From the NCBI GenBank assembly GCA_963789115.1, contig CAWBJH010000002.1, positions 174,414 to 238,413 on the forward strand: 64,000 nucleotides of DNA, in the 5' to 3' direction. Of this stretch, positions 30,520 to 39,359 are shown in pieces. Every line of letters starts with the position of its first letter. Within the stretch, counting starts at the first letter, position 1. A program made the position numbers and the translations under genes. The DNA comes from an uncultured delta proteobacterium (lineage in GTDB: Bacteria > Desulfobacterota > Binatia > Binatales > Binataceae). The notes under the pieces are model-generated. The model was given only the letters and a program-made list of their open reading frames with translations. It was not told where the DNA came from and ran no database searches.

Positions 30520-32250
30520 ATGCTCGAGTCCAAGCGAAGAAAGCCTGAGGAGCTGCGGAGCCATCGATGGTTCGGCCAAGGTCCGTGGTCCTTTGGTCGC
30601 CGTTCTCGGATGCTCCAGAACGGCTGGCAGCTCGCTGAGTTCGTCGGTCGACCCGTCATCGCCATCATTAACACCTGGAGCGACCTCAACACCTGTCATC
30701 GACATCTCAGGGCGCGCGCCGACGACGTGAAGCGTGGCGTCCTCCATGCGGGGGGATTCCCCGTGGAGCTCCCCGCGATGTCGCTCAGCGAACGGAACGT
30801 CGCCCCCACAACCATGCTCTACCGCAACTTCCTGGCCATGGAGACGGAAGAGCTGATCCGCTGCCATCCCGTGGACGCCGCCGTCCTCCTGGGCGGGTGC
30901 GACAAGACGACGCCCGCGCTGCTGATGGGCGCGATCAGCGCCGATGTCCCTTCCATCTACGTGCCGGCGGGCTTCATGCTCAGCGGCTCATGGCGCGGAG
31001 AGCGCCTCGGATCATCGTCCGCAGCATGGAAGTACGGCCAGGAGCTTATGGACGGGAAGATCTCGTTCGAGGAGTTCCTCGAGGTCGAGCAGACGTGCGC
31101 TCCGACGGTGGGAACTTGCAACGACATGGGGACAGCATCGACGATGACTGCCCTCGCCGAGGTGCTCGGGTTCTCTCTGCCCGGCGCCTCTTCAGTGCCG
31201 GCCGTCGACGCGCTGGGAATGCGGCTCGCGTTCGAGGCGGGTCGGCGAATCGTCGAGATGGCTTGGTGGGATCTGAAGCCCTCCGACCTGCTCACGGAGC
31301 CCGCCTTTCGAAATGCTGCCGTGGTTTGCTTCGCGCTGGGAGGATCGACGAACGCAGCGATCCATCTGATTGCCCTTGCGGGTCGGGCAGGCGTGAAGCT
31401 CTCTCTCGACAATCTGGATGCCATCGCACGCGGCGTGCCCGTGCTGGCGAATGTGCACCCCTCTGGCGAGTACCTGATGGAGGATTTCTATTGGGCGGGC
31501 GGCATTCGGGCATTGCTGAGTCGAATCCAAGACCGCCTGGCGCTCGACTGCGCCACGGTGAATGGACGCACGCTCGGCCAGAACATCGAGGGGGCACAGG
31601 TCCACAACGCGAAAGTCATCCGGCCGATGACGGAGCCGATTGCGGAGCAGGCGCTGGCGGTGCTGCGGGGCAACCTTGCGCCGGACGGATGCGTGATGAA
31701 GCCGAGCGCGGCCACCGCGTCGCTCCTGAGGCACCAAGGCCGCGCGGTCGTCTTTGAGGATGTCGATGACCTCAACGCGCGAATCCACGACCCGGACCTC
31801 GAGGTGGATGAAGACAGCGTGCTGGTTCTGCGAAATGAAGGACCTCAAGGCGGGCCGGGCATGCCTGAGTGCGGAATGCTGCCGATTCCGCAGAAGCTTG
31901 CTCTCGAGGGGGTCCGGGACATGGTCCGCATTAGCGATGCCCGGATGAGCGGAACCAGCTTTGGAATGTGCATCCTGCATGTTTCTCCCGAGGCCTACGT
32001 AGGCGGACCCCTTGCTCTCGTGCACAACGGTGATGTTATCGAGCTCGACGTTCCCGCGCGCAGGATTGAGCTCAAGGTATCTGAGAGTGATCTCGAGGAG
32101 CGCCGGTCGAGATGGAAGCCGCCGAAGCCGCGAGCCATGCGGGGCTACCAAGCCCTGTTCTCCAAACATGTGACGCAGGCGCACCTTGGATGCGACTTCG
32201 ACTATCTCGCCGGCAGCGGCGGCGTTCCCGAGCCTAAGGTTCACCTCTGA
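30520..32250 (+). CDS. IlvD/Edd-family sugar-acid dehydratase
   Basis: TCHRHL, TTMLYRN, GCDKT, GTCNDMGTASTM, GGSTNA, SDARMSGT. Confidence 0.9.
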   Translation: MLESKRRKPEELRSHRWFGQGPWSFGRRSRMLQNGWQLAEFVGRPVIAIINTWSDLNTCHRHLRARADDVKRGVLHAGGFPVELPAMSLSERNVAPTTMLYRNFLAMETEELIRCHPVDAAVLLGGCDKTTPALLMGAISADVPSIYVPAGFMLSGSWRGERLGSSSAAWKYGQELMDGKISFEEFLEVEQTCAPTVGTCNDMGTASTMTALAEVLGFSLPGASSVPAVDALGMRLAFEAGRRIVEMAWWDLKPSDLLTEPAFRNAAVVCFALGGSTNAAIHLIALAGRAGVKLSLDNLDAIARGVPVLANVHPSGEYLMEDFYWAGGIRALLSRIQDRLALDCATVNGRTLGQNIEGAQVHNAKVIRPMTEPIAEQALAVLRGNLAPDGCVMKPSAATASLLRHQGRAVVFEDVDDLNARIHDPDLEVDEDSVLVLRNEGPQGGPGMPECGMLPIPQKLALEGVRDMVRISDARMSGTSFGMCILHVSPEAYVGGPLALVHNGDVIELDVPARRIELKVSESDLEERRSRWKPPKPRAMRGYQALFSKHVTQAHLGCDFDYLAGSGGVPEPKVHL

Positions 32251-32265
32251 GGCGAGGATCTAGCC

Positions 32266-32302
32266 GTTCGTGCCGGGCACCGGCAGCGTGTTCGGGGTGT
32301 AG
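32266..32302. repeat. 37-bp direct repeat, copy 1
   Basis: GTTCGTGCCGGGCACCGGCAGCGTGTTCGGGGTGTAG; 36/37 identical to 33974-34010. Confidence 0.9.
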
Positions 32303-32346
32303 CGACTCGGATTGACGGAATGCACCGCAAGACAGGAAGCTAATCT

Positions 32347-32625
32347 ATGAAAAGCAACGCGTTGAAAATTGCCGCCAACGATAATGTCGCAGTTGCAATG
32401 GAATCTTTGACGAAAGGGGAGCCGGTCGTCATTGACGGCCGGCGTCTGCTTGACCTTACTGAGGATGTCGCCGCCGGCCACAAGATTGCGCTCACGGCGA
32501 TCCGGTGCGGCGGCGTTGTGGTGCGATACGGCGAACCGATAGTGCAAGCCACTCGCGACATAGGCAAAGGCGAATGGGTCCACGTCCACAACACGCAGCC
32601 TATTCCGCAAGGAACGCGCGGCTAG
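32347..32625 (+). CDS. UxaA/GarD/SuyA-type SAF-domain small subunit
   Basis: DNVAVA, GHKIAL, RYGEPI, GEWVHVHN. Confidence 0.88.
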   Translation: MKSNALKIAANDNVAVAMESLTKGEPVVIDGRRLLDLTEDVAAGHKIALTAIRCGGVVVRYGEPIVQATRDIGKGEWVHVHNTQPIPQGTRG

Positions 32626-32712
32626 AGACTGTTCCGGCAATCGTCGCTGCTCGCTGTGCACGGAGCCCGGGCCGGAAAACACGGATCGTGAAGCAAGTGC
32701 GAGGGCACCAAT

Positions 32713-33864
32713 ATGGAGTTTCTCGGATACAAGCGTGAAGACGGAAAGGTTGGCGTGCGCAATCACATGCTCGTGCTGTCCTCGGTCGCGTGCGCCAACG
32801 GCGTGGTCGAAGCCATCGGCCGCACCTTGCCGGATGTTGTCGCTGTCACGCATCCTTATGGCTGTGGCTACGGACCCGAAGACATGGTGGTGAGCATTCG
32901 CGCGCTCGGGGGCCTGATCAACAACCCAAACGTCGGCGCCGTGCTGGTGATCGGGCTTGGCTGCGAACCGTTGCGCAGTAAGTTTCTCACGCAGTTGGCC
33001 CAGGCCAAACCCGCAGAATCCCTCGTCATCCAGGAATCGGGCGGAAGCGCGGCCACAACGGCAAAAGGGATTGAAATTGCGACGCGACTTTTGCAGGAAT
33101 TGAAAAAGCAAAAGCGCGTGCCCGTTGCGGTGAGCGAACTGATCGTGGGCCTCGAGTGCGGCGGCTCCGACGCGCTCTCGGGCGTCACGGCGAATCCCGC
33201 AGTCGGTGCAGCGTCCGATCTCTTTGTGCGCGAAGGCGCCACCGTGGTCCTCACGGAGACCACGGAAATGATCGGCACGGCCCACATCCTCAGGCGCCGT
33301 TGCGCGACTCCCGAAGTGGGCGAGCGGGTGGAGCGGATGGTGATCGACCACGAGAAGCACGTGCGGGCCACACTCGGCGAGCTCGCCGGCCTGGTCATTT
33401 CAACGGGCAATATCGAAGGGGGCCTTTCATCCATCGTCGAAAAATCGCTCGGCTGTATCACGAAGGGCGGCACCACGCCGATCACCGAAGTCTTCGAATA
33501 CGCGGAGCGCCCGTCCAAGCGTGGCTTTACCATCATGAACGGACCCGGCTATGACATCGATTCGATGGCGGGCGTCGCAGCCAGCGGGGCGCAGATCATG
33601 CTCTTCACGACGGGCCGGGGATCGACGGCCGGTTTCCCCGGGGTTCCGGTGGTGAAAATCTCGAGCAACTCACGGATCTACAAGAGCATGCCCGGCGACA
33701 TGGACATCAACGCGGGCACAGTCATCGATGAGGGAAAAACAGTTGAGCAGGTTGGGCGCGAGATTTTCGACTTCACCCTCACCGTCGCAAACGGTGAGCT
33801 CACCTGCGCCGAGGTGAACCGGTCCGCGCCTTTCAACTACCTGAAACAGGGACCGACGTACTGA
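32713..33864 (+). CDS. UxaA/GarD/SuyB-type dehydratase large subunit
   Basis: GYKREDGKVGVRN, HPYGC, GLGCE, ECGGSD, EKSLG, FTTGRG. Confidence 0.9.
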   Translation: MEFLGYKREDGKVGVRNHMLVLSSVACANGVVEAIGRTLPDVVAVTHPYGCGYGPEDMVVSIRALGGLINNPNVGAVLVIGLGCEPLRSKFLTQLAQAKPAESLVIQESGGSAATTAKGIEIATRLLQELKKQKRVPVAVSELIVGLECGGSDALSGVTANPAVGAASDLFVREGATVVLTETTEMIGTAHILRRRCATPEVGERVERMVIDHEKHVRATLGELAGLVISTGNIEGGLSSIVEKSLGCITKGGTTPITEVFEYAERPSKRGFTIMNGPGYDIDSMAGVAASGAQIMLFTTGRGSTAGFPGVPVVKISSNSRIYKSMPGDMDINAGTVIDEGKTVEQVGREIFDFTLTVANGELTCAEVNRSAPFNYLKQGPTY

Positions 33865-33874
33865 AGGCGGAAGC

Positions 33875-33935
33875 ATGAAGCACGATGTCGCCTCGGTGAC
33901 CAAGAGTTTCACCGCGACGTTGATCGGCGTTGTGG
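33875..33935 (+). pseudogene. Serine hydrolase (beta-lactamase fold) fragment
   Basis: MKHDVASVTKSFTATLIG contains the SxxK active-site context; no continuation. Confidence 0.5.
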
Positions 33936-33973
33936 AAGATCCGCCTCACAGCAGATCTTCGCGGGAAGTATCA

Positions 33974-34010
33974 GTTCGTGCCGGGCACCGGCAGCGTGTT
34001 CGGAGTGTAG
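33974..34010. repeat. 37-bp direct repeat, copy 2
   Basis: GTTCGTGCCGGGCACCGGCAGCGTGTTCGGAGTGTAG. Confidence 0.9.
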
Positions 34011-34171
34011 GGCGTCCCTGATCGCGCGTCGTTAGCTCTGGAAGTCTGTCCGCTGCATCGCACCCCCCGCTTGACGGGTGGAACCATGCTGGCGCAACGC
34101 GCTGGCACGGCCGGGGGTCGCGTGTTAGCGTCAACCTTGAATGACACGAAAAGGGAGAGGTCCAAATCGCC

Positions 34172-35332
34172 ATGGATGTAAAGACGCGTGCGCGGGAGGT
34201 CTGCGAGGGTGTGGGTGACAAGCTGATTGCGCTCAGCCATCGGATTCACGCCCATCCCGAGCTCGGCTTCGAGGAGCGGCAGGCGGCGCGATGGTTGTGC
34301 GAGGCGCTCGCGGATGCGGGTTTCGCGGTTGAAGCGCCGCTATGCGATTTGGAGACCGCCTTCGTTGCGCGGGCGGGCTCCGGCCCGCTGCACGTGGCGA
34401 TCTGCGCGGAGTACGACTGCCTGCCCGGCATCGGTCACGCTTGCGGCCACAACATTATCGCGGCGATGGCGCTGGGAGCGGGAATCGCAGCCGCCAGGAT
34501 CGCCGATGAGGTCGGGCTCCGGCTCAGCGTGATCGGCACGCCGGCCGAAGAGGTAGGCAACAACGGCGGTAAGATCCTATTGCTGGAGCGCGGCGCGTTT
34601 GCGGGCGTACACGCCGCGATGATGGTCCATCCCGCACCGATCGATATGCTCAAGCCCGCGATGATCGCAAATTCGACCTTCGACGTGCTTTACACCGGCA
34701 AGGAGGCGCATGCCTCGGGATTCCCCGAACTCGGGATCAACGCCGCCGACGCGCTGACCGTCGCGCAGACCGCGATCGGCTTGCTGCGCCAGCACATGCG
34801 GCCGACCGACCGCGTCCACGGCATCGTCACCAAAGGCGGCGACGCTCCCAACATCGTGCCGGCCCATACCGCCGCCAAGTTCATGGTGCGGGCCGAAACC
34901 TTGCGCGACCTCGACGACATCCGCGGCAAGGTCTTCCGATGCTTCGAGGCGGGCGCGCTCGCCACCGGCGCGAAACTTGAAATCGTCGGCGGCGACAAGC
35001 CCTACGCCGAGATGGTATACGACGGCGACATCTCGGAATTGTACCGGCGCAATGCGGAGCGGCTGGGGCGCGGGTTTATCGAGCTGCCGGGAACCCAGCG
35101 GGCCGCGGCCTCGACCGACATGGGCAACGTCTCGCTCGCGATCCCCGCGATCCATCCGCTGATCGGCATCGCTTCGCTGCCCGCGGTGAACCATCAGCCC
35201 GAGTTCACCGCGCAATGCGTGACCAGCGCGGCCGACAAGGCGGTGCTCGACGGGTCGATCGCGATGGCCTGGACGCTGATCGACATGGCACAGGACTCCC
35301 GGCTCTGCGCGCGGCTGACCAGCGGCGCCTGA
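34172..35332 (+). CDS. M20D amidohydrolase (ACY1L2/AbgB-like)
   Basis: HPELGFEE, EYDCL, GHACGHN, GTPAEE, STDMGNVS. Confidence 0.88.
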   Translation: MDVKTRAREVCEGVGDKLIALSHRIHAHPELGFEERQAARWLCEALADAGFAVEAPLCDLETAFVARAGSGPLHVAICAEYDCLPGIGHACGHNIIAAMALGAGIAAARIADEVGLRLSVIGTPAEEVGNNGGKILLLERGAFAGVHAAMMVHPAPIDMLKPAMIANSTFDVLYTGKEAHASGFPELGINAADALTVAQTAIGLLRQHMRPTDRVHGIVTKGGDAPNIVPAHTAAKFMVRAETLRDLDDIRGKVFRCFEAGALATGAKLEIVGGDKPYAEMVYDGDISELYRRNAERLGRGFIELPGTQRAAASTDMGNVSLAIPAIHPLIGIASLPAVNHQPEFTAQCVTSAADKAVLDGSIAMAWTLIDMAQDSRLCARLTSGA

Positions 35333-35349
35333 AGTCGTTTCTAAAGAGC

Positions 35350-35430
35350 CACAGGCAAGATGCCTGTGCCACAAACACAGGATCTGCAGATGGCCCAGAC
35401 TTGTAGAGTGGCACAGGCTTCCAGCCTGTG
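35350..35430. repeat. Inverted pair of REP-like hairpins, second family
   Basis: CACAGGCAAGATGCCTGTGCCAC (35350-35372) and GTGGCACAGGCTTCCAGCCTGTG (35408-35430). Confidence 0.65.
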
Positions 35431-35496
35431 AGGATTGAGTTTGACAAACCCGGCGGCTCGCGTAAGTTGTGCGGCATCTTCGCCACGAGGTGCCGC

Positions 35497-36324
35497 ATGA
35501 TGCAGCGCGTGAACGTCAACGGCGTCGAGCTCGAGTCCGAAACGCACGGCAGCGGCGAGCCTGTCGTGCTAATCCACGGCAGCGCGATCGCCGATACGTA
35601 CCTGCCGATGATGGGCGAGCCGTCGCTCTCAGCCTTCCGCCTGCTCCGGTATCGGCGCCGCGGTTTTGGCGCCAGCACGCATCCCCAACCGCCGGTGAGC
35701 ATCCCCGATCAGGCCGCCGACTGCATGGCGCTGATGCGCCGTCTGGGGGTATCGCGCGCGCACGTCGTGGGGCACTCGTACGGCGGCGCCATCGCGATAC
35801 AGCTCGCGCTCGACTTTCCGGATGCGCTGCAGTCGCTCGTTCTGCTCGAGCCCGCCCTGATGGGCGCTGTGCCCGACAACGGGGAGTTCCTGCAAGGTTT
35901 CGTGACCGGGCCGCTGGCTGAGTATCGAAAAGGCGACAAGCGCGGCGCGATGGCACTCTTCCTGGAACTGGTGGGCGGGCCGAATTGGCGCCGGATAATT
36001 GACAGCCTCGCCGGCGCTTTCGAAATGGCCGTGGCCGACGCGGACAACTTCTTCATGGTTGAATCGCCGGCCATCCAGGAGTGGAGCTTCACTCGCCAAG
36101 ACGCCGCGCGAATCCGCCAGCCGGTCCTGGCGGTGGTGGGCGCCGACACGATTCGCATCTTCCACGACGTGCACAAGCTGGTGCTCTCATGGTTCCCGCA
36201 GGCGCAGCCCTTCGAGCTTGCCAAGGCGGGGCATTTCCTTCAGATGGAAAACCCGCGTCCGCTATCGGAGGCGATCGCGAGGTTCCTGCGGGAACATCCG
36301 ATCGGGGGAGAGAAGCCGGCCTGA
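35497..36324 (+). CDS. Alpha/beta hydrolase
   Basis: LIHGS, RRGFGAS, GHSYGG, AGHFLQME. Confidence 0.85.
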   Translation: MMQRVNVNGVELESETHGSGEPVVLIHGSAIADTYLPMMGEPSLSAFRLLRYRRRGFGASTHPQPPVSIPDQAADCMALMRRLGVSRAHVVGHSYGGAIAIQLALDFPDALQSLVLLEPALMGAVPDNGEFLQGFVTGPLAEYRKGDKRGAMALFLELVGGPNWRRIIDSLAGAFEMAVADADNFFMVESPAIQEWSFTRQDAARIRQPVLAVVGADTIRIFHDVHKLVLSWFPQAQPFELAKAGHFLQMENPRPLSEAIARFLREHPIGGEKPA

Positions 36325-36340
36325 GAGCACACGCATTGGT

Positions 36341-36516
36341 GTAGGGGCCCCTCGAGAACGGCCCTCCGCGACGCTCGTTGTGGAGGGCCGCTCACGAGCG
36401 GCCCCTACTACTACGGAAAAAATGCAGAATCGTGCAGCGCGAGGTGGCGGCCAGCGCGCACCCGCCGCGAGCGGCGGTTCTTCCCTTCCGTAGGGGCCGT
36501 TCGTGAACGGCCCTCC
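36341..36516. repeat. Three GTAG-type REP elements
   Basis: GTAGGGGCC...CGGCCCTCC at 36341-36367, inverted copy at 36382-36408, third at 36490-36516; a fourth is split at 37075-37090 / 39346-39363. Confidence 0.88.
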
Positions 36517-37044
36517 ATGCCGCGCGCATGCGCCATGACGATGTGGTATCAGCGCAAGTCTCTTCGCCTGAAGCGATATGACTACTGCCAAGAGGGCGGT
36601 TATTTTGTGACGATCTGCGTTTTCAAGCGTGATTGCATTCTCGGCGGCGTGGTGGACGACGAAATGCGGCTGAATGAGCTGGGACGGAGCGTCGCGGATT
36701 GCCTTAACTGGCTGACCAGGCAGTACGCCTACGTTGACCTCGATGAGTGCGTGGTCATGCCAAACCATGTCCACGCAATCCTGGTGTTAACCGGCGGTTC
36801 CCGAAGTGCATCGGGCAAGACCAAAACGCTTAGCAGTTTGGTGGGAGCCTTCAAGAGCCGCTCTACGAGCTGCATCAATGGAATCCGCGGTACGCGGGGC
36901 GCCAAGCTATGGCAGCGGGGGTTCTACGAACACGTCATAAGAGACGAGACCGACTTCGAGAGAATCCGCAGGTACATCCGGGACAATCCGGCAGCGTGGG
37001 CAAGCGATGAAGAGAACCCGGCGACCACGCGAAGTGGCAACTGA
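36517..37044 (+). CDS. REP-associated tyrosine transposase (RAYT)
   Basis: RKSLRL..YDY, YFVTIC, MPNHVH (HUH), WQRGFYEHVIR, YIRDNP; flanked by REPs; start could be 36535 or 36541. Confidence 0.92.
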   Translation: MPRACAMTMWYQRKSLRLKRYDYCQEGGYFVTICVFKRDCILGGVVDDEMRLNELGRSVADCLNWLTRQYAYVDLDECVVMPNHVHAILVLTGGSRSASGKTKTLSSLVGAFKSRSTSCINGIRGTRGAKLWQRGFYEHVIRDETDFERIRRYIRDNPAAWASDEENPATTRSGN

Positions 37045-37142
37045 TTGACGGAGGAGCCGAAGCCGGACGTCGTCGAGGGCCGTTCACGAAGGGAATTATC
37101 GGGCACTTGACTACCGCTATCATTTGCGCTAATATTTCAACC

Positions 37143-38060
37143 ATGAAGAACGACGAACCGAAATTCGTTCCCCAGATGACGCTTTCCGAGTTCGAGGCGT
37201 TGTTCCCCAATGAGGGCGCGTGCTGGACCTACCTCCTGGAGCGCCGCTGGCCCAACGGCCCTTGCTGCCCACGCTGCGGCAATGACCACGTGTATGAGAG
37301 CAAGGCACGCCCGTGGCACTGGCAGTGCAAGAAGTGCGGAGCGGATAACCGCTCCCCCTACCGCTTCTCGCTCAAGACGGGAACCATCTTCGAGGAAACC
37401 AAGAAGCCGCTCCGCACGTGGTTCCAAGTCCTGCATCTGATGGTTACGAGCAAGAAGGGCATCAGTGCCCACCAGATCTACCGGCTCATCGGAAGCGCCA
37501 CCTACGAGACGGCTTGGTACATGTGCATGAGACTTCGCGCCGCGATGCACGATCCTGACTTTAAGAAACTGATGGGAATCGTCGAAATTGACGAGGCTTT
37601 CGTCGGCGGCAAAGAGAAGAACAAGCACTGGGACAAACGCGATCCGCACAACACGGCTGGCAAGGGCAAAGCCGTGGTCATTGGAGCCATCGCGCGCAAG
37701 GGTAACGTGGTCTGCAAAGTGATCGAAAAAGCCGACCGCGCCCGCATGATGGGCTTCGTCCGCAGAGTCGTGGACAAAGAGAAGGTCGAGCTTATCGCAA
37801 CCGACGAACACAAGGGCTACGACACCATCGGCGATTCCATGCGCCACGAGGTCATCAAGCACAGCGAAGGCGTCTATGTTCGCGGGGTCGTCCACACGAA
37901 CAATATCGAATCGTTCTGGGCGCTCCTGAAGCGCGGCGTGATCGGTACTTATCACCACGTGAGCGAAAAGTATCTGCCGCTGTATTTGGCGGAGTTTCAA
38001 TTCCGCTTTAACAACCGCAGAGAAGCCGATATTTTCGGCAAGGCGATAGCAGGATGCTGA
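37143..38060 (+). CDS. IS1595-family (ISXO2-like) transposase
   Basis: CPRC...CKKC ribbon, EIDEAFVGG, TDE, HTNNIESFW, YLAEFQFRFNNR. Confidence 0.93.
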   Translation: MKNDEPKFVPQMTLSEFEALFPNEGACWTYLLERRWPNGPCCPRCGNDHVYESKARPWHWQCKKCGADNRSPYRFSLKTGTIFEETKKPLRTWFQVLHLMVTSKKGISAHQIYRLIGSATYETAWYMCMRLRAAMHDPDFKKLMGIVEIDEAFVGGKEKNKHWDKRDPHNTAGKGKAVVIGAIARKGNVVCKVIEKADRARMMGFVRRVVDKEKVELIATDEHKGYDTIGDSMRHEVIKHSEGVYVRGVVHTNNIESFWALLKRGVIGTYHHVSEKYLPLYLAEFQFRFNNRREADIFGKAIAGC

Positions 38061-38142
38061 AGCGCACCGACTGGCGGGCGCTACAGCAGAGCGCAGACGA
38101 CGCCAGCGAGCCGAAGCAATTGGAGCTACCTTTCCCATGACC

Positions 38143-39018
38143 TTATTGCGGCCAATTGTTCCTCGTCGGGCCAAAGAAAATGTTGGGCAATATGTCGAGT
38201 AGGTTACTGCCGCCTTGCGTCAGGCAGACGGTTCGCCTTTCTGATTCGCCGGGTATTTGCACATCAATTGTTTTGGGCCGATCAACAGTTGCTAGTACGT
38301 CACCCTCGTTAACAATCCAGAGTGTAAAAGTGTCACCCGCATTGAGGGCACCAATACGAACGGGTAGCGGATGAACGTCGCTGCCGAAATGGGCCATGAA
38401 CGTTAGTGTTGCATTGATGATGGGCGTTTCACCTATATTCTTTACTTCACAACGCCATGAGAACTCAGGTAGCCAAATTGGCGCTGATGGTTCTCTTTTT
38501 GGTTGAATATCTGCCGGTGGCCAAATCAGTGGTTTATCCCCGTTGGTATTATCTACGCTGAATAGCACCGCGACACCGAACACAACTGGTGGATTGGGTG
38601 CTTTCGCGCGTAGAGGAAGTATATAGAACATCGAATGAGGCGGCACCGTAATAGGCAGTCCAGCCATTCGGTAATCGCTCACCAACACCACTGATTTAGC
38701 TGAGACAGTCGGAGTCGGATAATTGTTGATCTGGTTCCCTTGGATATATGTCCCGCCCGGTCCGCCAGGAGCACCAGCTCCGCCTCCGCCCCCGCCAGCT
38801 TGACTGCCGCCTGTTCCACCGCCTTGGGTCGCGATAGGTGACGGCGACGGCCCGGATTCGGGCCAAGCAAAGTACAGCCAACTGAAACCCGCGAGGGCGA
38901 CAGCCATGCACAAAACCCCCATAATGCGACGATTTGGCGTCAGCATGAGATTGATCGCTTCGCCAAAAAGAGCCGCGAGAGCGAGAGCAAACACCCAAAA
39001 TTTCGGTTCGTGAAGCAC
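38143..39018 (-). CDS. Passenger membrane-anchored protein of unknown function
   Basis: Two N-terminal TM helices, Gly/Pro linker, beta-rich C-terminal domain; lower GC than the host. Confidence 0.6.
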   Translation of the reverse strand: MLHEPKFWVFALALAALFGEAINLMLTPNRRIMGVLCMAVALAGFSWLYFAWPESGPSPSPIATQGGGTGGSQAGGGGGGAGAPGGPGGTYIQGNQINNYPTPTVSAKSVVLVSDYRMAGLPITVPPHSMFYILPLRAKAPNPPVVFGVAVLFSVDNTNGDKPLIWPPADIQPKREPSAPIWLPEFSWRCEVKNIGETPIINATLTFMAHFGSDVHPLPVRIGALNAGDTFTLWIVNEGDVLATVDRPKTIDVQIPGESERRTVCLTQGGSNLLDILPNIFFGPTRNNWPQ

Positions 39019-39091
39019 GCTAAGGATTCACGAGGGATTGGCGCATGGTACCGCGCTTGACGACTACCCGCCAACTGCGGAAACTTGGGGC

Positions 39092-39259
39092 ATGGGTTCT
39101 CGATACGCGCAGCCAATCCTGTTTTTCTTCTGTCGTCGATGCGGCCACTACGAAGAGAAGAAGACGAGCCCGCATTACCGCGCGCAGAAGCAACGGGCTT
39201 GTCGCCGTCGCAAGGCGAAGGAAGCCGCCCAAGGCGAGCAGGCCCAACAGCCCGCCTAA
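39092..39259 (+). CDS. Possible small basic Cys-containing protein
   Basis: FFCRRCGHYE motif and basic tail; lies inside the IS1595 element. Confidence 0.25.
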   Translation: MGSRYAQPILFFFCRRCGHYEEKKTSPHYRAQKQRACRRRKAKEAAQGEQAQQPA

Positions 39260-39359
39260 TCCAACAGGGAGGTAAGTCAGGGTCCGACTCATCGCCGGAA
39301 AGTGTAGCATTTTCGGGTAGGGTAGTCCACTGCCCGATAATTCCCTTCTCGAACGGCCC

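Larger units (their letters stand above)
37091..39345 (+). mobile_element. IS1595-family element with passenger gene(s), inserted in a REP
   Basis: 25-bp IRs GGGAATTATCGGGCACTTGACTACC (23/25); 8-bp target duplication TTCACGAA / TTCTCGAA. Confidence 0.9.

Noticed and set aside
36341-36516. CRISPR array
   Set aside because: Repeats alternate in orientation, spacing is irregular, they carry GTAG feet beside a RAYT, and there are no cas genes
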